IMG/VR virus record: IMGVR_UViG_3300025840_000024
DNA from: an uncultured virus (IMG/VR IMGVR_UViG_3300025840_000024)
Taxonomy: Duplodnaviria > Heunggongvirae > Uroviricota > Caudoviricetes
Reading direction: 5' to 3' (one strand)
Length of the DNA: 64,000 bases
Shown: in pieces, positions 57,534 through 64,000 of the stretch
Layout: each line of letters begins with the position of its first letter
Numbering within the stretch: position 1 is the stretch's first letter
Position numbers and translations under genes: made by a program
Notes under the pieces: model-generated
The model's database searches: none
Told to the model about the DNA's origin: nothing
Seen by the model: only the letters and a program-made list of their open reading frames with translations

Positions 57534-58216
57534 AACTCCGCGAAAAAACTATGAAACTTTCTGAAAAAACTCTGACGACTCTCAAAAACTTTGCTGGTAT
57601 CAACAATTCGATTCTTGTAAAGCAAGGTAATAAACTTCGCACTATTTCTGTGGCAAAGAATATTCTTGCCGAAGCGCAAATCAATGAAGAGTTTTCTCGC
57701 GACTTTGCCATCTATGATTTGAATCAGTTTCTCAATGGTTTGAGTCTTCATCAGGATCCTGATCTTGATTTTGCCGAAGAATCTTATTTGACTATCCGTG
57801 AGGGTAAGCGTCGTGTGAAGTATTTCTTTGCCGATCCTAATGTGATTATTTCTCCACCAGATAAAGAGATTCAACTTCCCTCACAGGATGTTTGCTTTCA
57901 ACTTGATAGCGTAACTTTGGAAAAACTTATCAAGGCAGCAGCAGTGTATCAACTTCCCGATCTTTCAGCGGTTGGAGAAGCGGGTGTTGTCAAACTTGTT
58001 GTGCGCGATAAGAAGAATGATACATCTAACGAATATTCTATTATTGTTGGGGAAACCGATAAGAACTTTACTTTTAACTTTAAAGTAGAAAATATCAAGA
58101 TTATTCCTGGTGCCTATGATGTGGTAGTCTCATCCAAACTCTTATCTCAATTTACCAATGAAGCATATAATCTCAAATATTATATTGCTCTTGAACCCGA
58201 CAGCACATTTAGTTGA
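57530..58216 (+). CDS. gp45: sliding clamp gp45 (alternative start 57551)
   Basis: MKLSEKTL..LKNFAGINNSILVK; FAIYDLNQFL; FKVENIKIIPG.Y.V; YYIALEPDS. Confidence 0.96.
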   Translation: MKLREKTMKLSEKTLTTLKNFAGINNSILVKQGNKLRTISVAKNILAEAQINEEFSRDFAIYDLNQFLNGLSLHQDPDLDFAEESYLTIREGKRRVKYFFADPNVIISPPDKEIQLPSQDVCFQLDSVTLEKLIKAAAVYQLPDLSAVGEAGVVKLVVRDKKNDTSNEYSIIVGETDKNFTFNFKVENIKIIPGAYDVVVSSKLLSQFTNEAYNLKYYIALEPDSTFS

Positions 58217-58217
58217 T

Positions 58218-58361
58218 ATGAATAAGGAACATACTAAAATCTTGGAAGAAGTTGCCAAAGAACTGGGAGGAGAAATATCCTATCAAACAAAATATGATAG
58301 TCAAAAAAATCTTCAAAAAGTTGTAATCATCACCTATCCTCATCCTGATGCAGTTTCCTGA
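58218..58361 (+). CDS. small hypothetical protein
   Basis: 47 aa from the ATG just after the gp45 stop. Confidence 0.55.
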   Translation: MNKEHTKILEEVAKELGGEISYQTKYDSQKNLQKVVIITYPHPDAVS

Positions 58362-58584
58362 ACACATTCAATTTGTCGAAAAAGACGCAAAAAAATATGT
58401 TTTTGGTGGAATGGAAGTTCATTCCACAAATACTCTTCGACTCATTAGTGAGTTGGAAAGTGCCTATCAAATGCTCAAATATTTGGGATTTGAAAAGGAT
58501 ATGAATACTCTTGAAGATATGAAAAATCGATACTACAAGATGTATTTCAAACTTGCCAAACAAGAAAAGTCAATGCTTGATTAG
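58348..58584 (+). CDS. hypothetical protein
   Basis: 78-aa ORF in a coupled run. Confidence 0.7.
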   Translation: MQFPEHIQFVEKDAKKYVFGGMEVHSTNTLRLISELESAYQMLKYLGFEKDMNTLEDMKNRYYKMYFKLAKQEKSMLD

Positions 58585-58802
58585 TGATGCTCTACGTTGT
58601 TCAAATAGAAAAGGGGAAACTTATTACGCATGATGGAGATGTCGAAACCGGCATACACCATATGACACTAGAAAAGTTTTTATCTATGGTTCAAGTTGAG
58701 TATCAAGAGACTTATTGGATACCAGATCCAAAAGGAAAACGTTACAAACGAGTAAATTTCCAAAAAACTGATAAAATAGTCAAGAAACTAACTCTGGAAT
58801 AA
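58584..58802 (+). CDS. hypothetical protein
   Basis: 72-aa ORF coupled to both neighbours. Confidence 0.65.
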   Translation: MMLYVVQIEKGKLITHDGDVETGIHHMTLEKFLSMVQVEYQETYWIPDPKGKRYKRVNFQKTDKIVKKLTLE

Positions 58803-59320
58803 TGAACATTTTTGTATCAGACCCTGATCCCGTTGTTTCGGCACAAGTGCTCCCAGACAAACACATCGTCAAGATGCCCTTGGAGACCTGCCAGATGCTC
58901 TCTATCGTGGCATCAGAGAAGTGGGGGCACGGATACGGCACTCTTCCTAAGGCAGACGGCACACCCTATGCTACGGAGAAGGGTGCCTTTCGCAATCATC
59001 CCTGCACCGTGTGGGCAAATGAAACAGTGGCAAATTCAAGGTGGTTAATTAGTCATGGGTTAGCATTGTGTGAGGAGTATTCCAATCGTTATAAAAAAAT
59101 TCATTCTTGTCTTGCGACTCTTGCATACGCAAATAAACTTTTTCCTTTTGATGCTGCCCATAGAACTGAATTGACCCCGTTTGCCAGAGCAATGCCTGAC
59201 GAATATAAACTTGATACAAGCATCTCAACCTTTGATGCTTATAAGATGTATATTGCATCTAAACCTTGGGTATGCGATAATTACCTTCGTCTTCCTGAGC
59301 GTAAACCTGATTGGATTTGA
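58802..59320 (+). CDS. pyrimidine-dimer DNA glycosylase (endonuclease V)-like family protein
   Basis: MNIF...P..SA..L.DKH.VKM.LE..QML, NHPCT.W, ALC.EY..RY.K.H, AMPD. Confidence 0.7.
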   Translation: MNIFVSDPDPVVSAQVLPDKHIVKMPLETCQMLSIVASEKWGHGYGTLPKADGTPYATEKGAFRNHPCTVWANETVANSRWLISHGLALCEEYSNRYKKIHSCLATLAYANKLFPFDAAHRTELTPFARAMPDEYKLDTSISTFDAYKMYIASKPWVCDNYLRLPERKPDWI

Positions 59321-59322
59321 TT

Positions 59323-60267
59323 ATGAATAATGATTTTTTGTGGGTGGCAAAGTATGCCCCAAAGACAATTGAAGAATGTATTCTCCCAGAGGCAACCAAG
59401 AAGACCTTTCAAAGTTTCCTAGATAAAGGTGAGATTTCTAATATGCTTCTTGCTGGTCCTCCTGGTATTGGTAAGACCACAGTAGCAAAGGCACTTTGCA
59501 ATGAACTTGGAGTAGATGTTTATGTCATCAATGGATCCGACGAGGGTAGATTCCTCGATACTGTCAGAAACAATGCGAAGAACTTCGCTTCGACCGTCTC
59601 GCTTACGGCAACTGCTAAACACAAAGTCATCATCATTGATGAGGCAGATAACACGTCCAATGACGTACAACTCCTCCTACGGGCGTTTATTGAGGAGTTT
59701 GCTGGTAACTGTCGATTCATCTTTACCTGCAACTATAAAAACAAAATCCTCGAACCACTCCATTCCCGTTGTGCCGTCGTTGAGTTTGGAATCAAAGGAA
59801 AAGAGCGACAATCCATTGCAGCTCTTTTCTTCAAGCGACTCAAAGACATTCTTGACGCAGAACGAATTGAGTATGATAACAAAGTACTCATTGAACTCAT
59901 CAACAAACACTTCCCCGATTGGCGACGAGTCCTCAACGAGTGTCAAAGATACTCTGTGGGTGGTAAAATTGATTCGGGGATTCTTGCAACCTTTTCGGAT
60001 GTCGCGGTAAATGATCTCATTAAAAGTCTCAAAGAAAAAAACTTTCCGGAAGTTCGTAAATGGATTGTCGCCAACCTGGACAATGATACTAGCGTACTTC
60101 TTAGGCGTGTTTATGATTCTCTTTATGAATCGTTGGTTCCTGGTTCCATTCCTGCTGCTGTGCTTGTTCTCGCTAAGTATCAGTATCAGGGGGCGTTCGT
60201 AGCGGACCAAGAAATAAATATGCTTGCTTGTATGACAGAACTAATGGTGGAGTGTACTTTCAAATGA
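59323..60267 (+). CDS. gp44: clamp loader large subunit gp44
   Basis: LWV.KY.PKTIEECILP; GPPGIGKTT; IIIDEAD; PLHSRC; FPDWRR. Confidence 0.97.
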   Translation: MNNDFLWVAKYAPKTIEECILPEATKKTFQSFLDKGEISNMLLAGPPGIGKTTVAKALCNELGVDVYVINGSDEGRFLDTVRNNAKNFASTVSLTATAKHKVIIIDEADNTSNDVQLLLRAFIEEFAGNCRFIFTCNYKNKILEPLHSRCAVVEFGIKGKERQSIAALFFKRLKDILDAERIEYDNKVLIELINKHFPDWRRVLNECQRYSVGGKIDSGILATFSDVAVNDLIKSLKEKNFPEVRKWIVANLDNDTSVLLRRVYDSLYESLVPGSIPAAVLVLAKYQYQGAFVADQEINMLACMTELMVECTFK

Positions 60268-60434
60268 AAAATAAAAGTCATCAACTCAAATCTAGATGGT
60301 ATTATATTTTTTGGGGTATAATTGCCGTCGCTGTTGTAGGTGGACAAATATATGTTGGTAGTGGATACCGACAAATGTCTGGAAGTGTTAATCGTCTTAC
60401 TGGACTAGTGATTACTCTTATGGAGGCAATCTAA
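60264..60434 (+). CDS. small membrane-anchored hypothetical protein
   Basis: ATGA overlap; hydrophobic WYYIFWGIIAVAVVGG. Confidence 0.65.
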   Translation: MKNKSHQLKSRWYYIFWGIIAVAVVGGQIYVGSGYRQMSGSVNRLTGLVITLMEAI

Positions 60435-60643
60435 TGAGTCTCTATAAGATTGATAAAAACTCTTTATTTGAAAATAAAATAAAAACAACTCCGCAGAATG
60501 TGCAGGAGGCAAATGAAGCACTATATCGTGCTAAAATGAATTTACCTGCTGCTGCAAAGCATTGTGGTATGACTGAAAAGGAAATGAAAATGACTTTCCT
60601 CGAATATTTGAAGTATCATCCTATTGATTATGAAGTCTCTTAA
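60434..60643 (+). CDS. hypothetical protein, HTH-like
   Basis: MNLPAAAKHCGMT.KEMK. Confidence 0.7.
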   Translation: MSLYKIDKNSLFENKIKTTPQNVQEANEALYRAKMNLPAAAKHCGMTEKEMKMTFLEYLKYHPIDYEVS

Positions 60644-61502
60644 AACCTGTCTCAGATATCCTGGCGGAAAATCCCGTGCATGTGTGAAAATCGGGAAGTT
60701 TATTCCTGATTTGCGTGATTATAAGCAGTATCGTGAACCATTTCTTGGTGGCGGTAGTATGGCAATTCATATTACTAAGATGTATCCCCGAATTCGTATT
60801 TGGGTAAATGACTTGTATGAACCACTTGTAAATTTTTGGATCCAACTTCAAGAGAATGGAAAAGAACTTCAGGATCTTTTAGTTGATTATAAATCGACTC
60901 ATGCCAATCCAGAATCGGCAAAAGAGTTGTTTATAAATGCCAAAGAATGGGTAAATGATAGAACTAAATGTAATATTGATCGTGCCGTAGCATTCTATAT
61001 TGTAAATAAATGCTCATTTAGTGGACTGACAGAAAGTTCTTCATTTTCTCCAAAGGCATCTGTAAGTAACTTTTCTCTCCGTGGCATTTCCAAACTTACT
61101 GGATATTCTGAACTAATTCAGAGATGGCATATTACCAATGGGTCATATGAAAATATGCTCACGAATGATAAAGATGTCTTTACTTATCTAGATCCTCCAT
61201 ATGATATTAAAGACAATCTTTATGGTAAGAAAGGTGATATGCACAAGAGATTTGATCATGATAAGTTTGCCAAAGATTGCTCATCACACGAGAGTAAAAT
61301 GCTTGTAAGTTATAATTCAGATCAACTTGTGAAAGATCGTTTTAAAGATTGGAATGCTGCCGAGTTTGATCTTACATACACGATGCGATCGGTAGGCGAA
61401 TATATGCGTGATCAAAAACAACGTAAAGAATTACTGCTTTTTAATTATGGAATTGAAGGATTGGTTGAACAGTATCAATCAGACAAAGAAACATCTAATT
61501 GA
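60630..61502 (+). CDS. dam: DNA adenine methyltransferase (D12 class/Dam-like)
   Basis: LRYPGGKS; EPFLGGGS (motif I); YLDPPY (motif IV); SYN; ELL. Confidence 0.93.
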   Translation: MKSLKTCLRYPGGKSRACVKIGKFIPDLRDYKQYREPFLGGGSMAIHITKMYPRIRIWVNDLYEPLVNFWIQLQENGKELQDLLVDYKSTHANPESAKELFINAKEWVNDRTKCNIDRAVAFYIVNKCSFSGLTESSSFSPKASVSNFSLRGISKLTGYSELIQRWHITNGSYENMLTNDKDVFTYLDPPYDIKDNLYGKKGDMHKRFDHDKFAKDCSSHESKMLVSYNSDQLVKDRFKDWNAAEFDLTYTMRSVGEYMRDQKQRKELLLFNYGIEGLVEQYQSDKETSN

Positions 61503-61827
61503 TGAAGACCGTTCACTTGAGAAGGAATATCCTCCATACATTATAAATCGATGTTTCTCTGGACACATCGATACCTTGATGTTTGCCAATGAGATGAATA
61601 AGTATCACTTTCTTCCAAAGAGACTTCAATACGATTTCTTTATAAATATTGTGAGGAAAAAGAAGAGATTCTCTCCCTGGATCCGACAAGATAAAATCCA
61701 AGATCTTGATTATGTCAAACGTTATTATGGTTATAGTAATGAAAAGGCAAAGCAAGCTCTGAAGATACTAACAAAGGAACAACTGAAGTTCATTAAATCT
61801 AAATTTGATACTGGAGGAAAAGCATGA
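61447..61827 (+). CDS. gp62: clamp loader small subunit gp62
   Basis: MELKDWLNSIN..K; YPPYIINRC; LQYDF; RKKKRFSPW; YYGYSNEKA. Confidence 0.95.
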   Translation: MELKDWLNSINQTKKHLIDEDRSLEKEYPPYIINRCFSGHIDTLMFANEMNKYHFLPKRLQYDFFINIVRKKKRFSPWIRQDKIQDLDYVKRYYGYSNEKAKQALKILTKEQLKFIKSKFDTGGKA

Positions 61828-62264
61828 GCGTTGTTAGAGAGCCTGAAGTGAAATGGTCGCCAGATAAAATGGTGGAAGTGATTCTGGGAGAACCGGACGA
61901 TTTTCTTAAGGTTCGTGAGACGCTGACACGTATTGGTGTCGCATCACGCAAAGAAAAAAAGATTTATCAATCGTGCCATATTTTGCACAAGCAAGGTCGT
62001 TATTATCTGGTGCATTTTAAGGAACTATTTGCACTGGATGGTAAGCACGCAAATCTAACTGTAAACGATATTCAGAGACGCAATCGTATTGTACAGTTAC
62101 TTGCCGACTGGGGACTTATTGAAATTGTGAATGTTGATTTGATTCAGGATATTGCTCCATTGAATCAAATTAAGGTTCTTTCTTATAAGGATAAGGGAGA
62201 ATGGATTCTTGAGACCAAATACAATATTGGTTCCAAGAAGAAAAGGACAGAGGAAACCGAATAA
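61824..62264 (+). CDS. regA: translational repressor RegA
   Basis: PDDFLKVRETLTRIGVASRK; QSCHILHKQGRYY.VHFKELF.LDG. Confidence 0.98.
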   Translation: MSVVREPEVKWSPDKMVEVILGEPDDFLKVRETLTRIGVASRKEKKIYQSCHILHKQGRYYLVHFKELFALDGKHANLTVNDIQRRNRIVQLLADWGLIEIVNVDLIQDIAPLNQIKVLSYKDKGEWILETKYNIGSKKKRTEETE

Positions 62265-62269
62265 ATAGG

Positions 62270-62294
62270 AGCGGGTTTCCACACCCGCTTTTTT
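62270..62294 (+). terminator. Rho-independent terminator after regA
   Basis: AGCGGGT-TTCCAC-ACCCGCT plus T run. Confidence 0.9.
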
Positions 62295-62315
62295 GTGCCT
62301 TGTGTTAATATATAC

Positions 62316-62376
62316 TTGTGGATGCCGTAAGGGTCCACAAAACACAAACTCGCTTTTTTAAGGAGCTACAATAATG
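62316..62376 (+). promoter_or_regulatory. structured hsp20 5' UTR; ROSE-like RNA thermometer candidate
   Basis: GNRA-capped hairpin at 62316-62340; CTC(G)CTT at 62349-62355 pairs with SD AAGGAG at 62360-62365. Confidence 0.65.
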
Positions 62377-62808
62377 ACTAACCTCACAAGGTATACTGCT
62401 GCGGATCTTCCTGAATTGATGGAAAGAATCACGCGCAATTCTATTGGAATGGATGAATATTTTGATCGCCTTTTTAACCTACATGAAACTTCAAAGAATT
62501 ATCCTCCATACAATCTTATTCAGGTAAATAATGTTGAGTCTAGATTAGAAATAGCACTCGCAGGGTTTAAGAAAGGAGAAGTAAATGCGTTCACAGAGTA
62601 TGGAAAACTTTTTGTCGAAGGACAAAAAGAAGATACTGAGTCAGACAGGACATATGTCCACAAGGGAGTGGCTAGCAGAAGTTTTAAACGAGCATGGACT
62701 TTATCCGACGACACAGAAGTTAAGGAAGTCATCTTTGAGGACGGGTTACTCACCATTACCTTGGGGAAAATAGTCCCAGAGCATCATGCACGTAAAGATT
62801 ATCTCTAA
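62374..62808 (+). CDS. hsp20: small heat shock protein Hsp20 (IbpA-like)
   Basis: NYPPYNL; LEIALAGF; YVHKGVASRSFKR.WTL; FEDGLLTI.L.KIVPE. Confidence 0.96.
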   Translation: MTNLTRYTAADLPELMERITRNSIGMDEYFDRLFNLHETSKNYPPYNLIQVNNVESRLEIALAGFKKGEVNAFTEYGKLFVEGQKEDTESDRTYVHKGVASRSFKRAWTLSDDTEVKEVIFEDGLLTITLGKIVPEHHARKDYL

Positions 62809-62833
62809 ATAGAAGGTCGTCGTCGCATGACAG

Positions 62834-62873
62834 AGGGGATACTGGCACAATCCAGCAACATCCCCTTTTTTTT
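62834..62873 (+). terminator. terminator-like hairpin with internal loop after hsp20
   Basis: AGGGGAT/ATCCCCT outer stem, CTGG/CCAG inner stem, T run. Confidence 0.7.
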
Positions 62874-62874
62874 A

Positions 62875-62883
62875 TGCTATAAT
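62875..62883 (+). promoter_or_regulatory. extended -10 promoter element TGCTATAAT
   Basis: Upstream of GGAGG and the ORF at 62905, which leads into gp43. Confidence 0.7.
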
Positions 62884-62904
62884 ATATGGAGGAACTATAG
62901 TATC

Positions 62905-63237
62905 ATGTCTGTAAAACTTGCTATTTTAAAATCTGGGGAAACGGTCGTTGCAGAAATTAAAGAATTAATTTCTGATGATAAAGTATGTGGATATCTTTTT
63001 GAAAACCCTCATGTTATTCGCGAAAGAGCATCAATATTTCTTGCCGAAGATAATGAGCAAAATGGTAGAGACATTGAAATTGCAATCGCTCCTTGGATTA
63101 TTTTGACAAAAGATGATAAAATTCCTGTTCGTCCTGATTGGATTGTAACTATTGTAGATCCAATAGATACTATTGCAGAAATGTATGAGGAAAAAGTTAA
63201 TGGAAAAATCAGTGAAGTGCCTTCTTCTGAAGGTTGA
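62905..63237 (+). CDS. hypothetical protein, Sm-like fold candidate
   Basis: MSVKLAILKSGETVVAEIKE...NP...PW...DWIVTIVDP. Confidence 0.8.
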   Translation: MSVKLAILKSGETVVAEIKELISDDKVCGYLFENPHVIRERASIFLAEDNEQNGRDIEIAIAPWIILTKDDKIPVRPDWIVTIVDPIDTIAEMYEEKVNGKISEVPSSEG

Positions 63238-63454
63238 TAACGTAATTGTTACAGAAATTATTGAAGTTGGATCTGAACTTGGTGAACCAGATTGTAAACT
63301 TATTAATCCATACGAGATTGATGTTGATGGAAACTTGAAACCATGGCCAGAGATTACGGATCAAAAAGAACTTATGATTCATTCTGATAGTATTTTAACT
63401 ATTGTTGATCCAAAAAAAGAAATTATTGACAAGTATCTTGAGTTAACTTCCTAA
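63200..63454 (+). CDS. hypothetical protein, Sm-like fold candidate
   Basis: GAGG RBS; VKCLLLK...LINPY...KPWP...SDSILTIVDP. Confidence 0.8.
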   Translation: MEKSVKCLLLKVDNVIVTEIIEVGSELGEPDCKLINPYEIDVDGNLKPWPEITDQKELMIHSDSILTIVDPKKEIIDKYLELTS

Positions 63455-64000
63455 TGCGCTTTTATACTAATGTTCAGATGGTCGGGGATAACTTCCTTGT
63501 TCGCGGTCATGAAAATGGAAAACATTTCATGATCAAAGAGAGGTTTGACCCGACTCTTTTTGTGCCTTCAAATAATCAAACAAAATATAAAACTCTTAAT
63601 GGGGAGTATGTTGAGGCAATTCAACCAGGGTCTGTAAGAGATTGTCGTGACTTCATCAAAAAATATGAAGGTGTAGAGAACTTTAGTATTTACGGAAATG
63701 ATCGATACATCTATCAGTATATTTCTGATAAGTATCCTGAAGAAGAAATTAAGTTTGATACTAACAAGATCAAGATCTCGACAATTGATATTGAGGTTGC
63801 ATCAGAGAATGGATTCCCTGATGTGGAATCTGCTGCCGAGGAAGTTCTTCTTATTACGGTTCAGGATTATGCTACTAAGCAGATCCGTACCTGGGGTAAG
63901 GGAAACTTTGTAAACAAACAACAAAATGTTATCTACAAAGGATTTGATACAGAGTATGAATTACTCAATAGTTTCATTCACTGGTGGATGATTGAAGAAA
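63454..64000 (+). CDS. gp43: DNA polymerase gp43, family B (5' partial); not in the ORF track
   Basis: ATG 63454 MRFYTNVQMVGDNFLVRG...PTLF...YIYQYISDKYP...TIDIEVASENGFPD (ExoI DIE); frame open to the window end. Confidence 0.96.
   Translation, partial: MRFYTNVQMVGDNFLVRGHENGKHFMIKERFDPTLFVPSNNQTKYKTLNGEYVEAIQPGSVRDCRDFIKKYEGVENFSIYGNDRYIYQYISDKYPEEEIKFDTNKIKISTIDIEVASENGFPDVESAAEEVLLITVQDYATKQIRTWGKGNFVNKQQNVIYKGFDTEYELLNSFIHWWMIEE

Noticed and set aside
62260..62267. AATAAATA at the regA stop as a late promoter
   Set aside because: It runs straight into the terminator hairpin and is probably a chance match around the TAA stop
1667..62756. Many 60-177 aa minus-strand and alternate-frame ORFs in the supplied track
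   Set aside because: They lie inside well-supported plus-strand genes and show no recognisable motifs, so they are treated as shadow ORFs
63698..63913. 71-aa ORF from the track
   Set aside because: Out-of-frame shadow within gp43, which starts at 63454
1..64000. tRNA or rRNA genes
   Set aside because: Intergenic gaps are short and I saw no cloverleaf or T-loop signature by eye; a tRNAscan-SE run would confirm

Overview
A 64-kb, almost entirely plus-strand segment of a T4-like myovirus, most consistent with a cyanomyovirus given its cyanophage-type gp7 and VrlC-like proteins, cobS/vWA pair, hsp20 and gene order. It runs from the baseplate, neck and packaging genes (gp25, gp6, gp7, gp8, VrlC-like, gp13-gp17) through the tail and head genes (gp18-gp23, gp3). 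It continues with recombination and late-transcription genes (uvsY, uvsW, gp55, gp47, gp46), an accessory region, and the replication block (gp45, gp44, dam, gp62, regA, hsp20), ending in the 5' part of gp43. I saw no tRNA, CRISPR array, intron or transposase. The most interesting signals are: (1) late-promoter-driven accessory proteins that look like capsid-targeted cargo or polyproteins cut after Glu by the gp21 protease, including modular basic Cys-rich peptides, an exactly duplicated 69-aa module and a possible nuclease; (2) a ROSE-like RNA thermometer on hsp20; (3) a recurring box 38-40 nt upstream of -10 hexamers, plus helically phased 11-bp repeats at the cobS promoter; (4) overlapping divergent sigma70 promoters at gp55; (5) two candidate structured RNAs. 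All product calls come from motif recognition and synteny; no database search was run.
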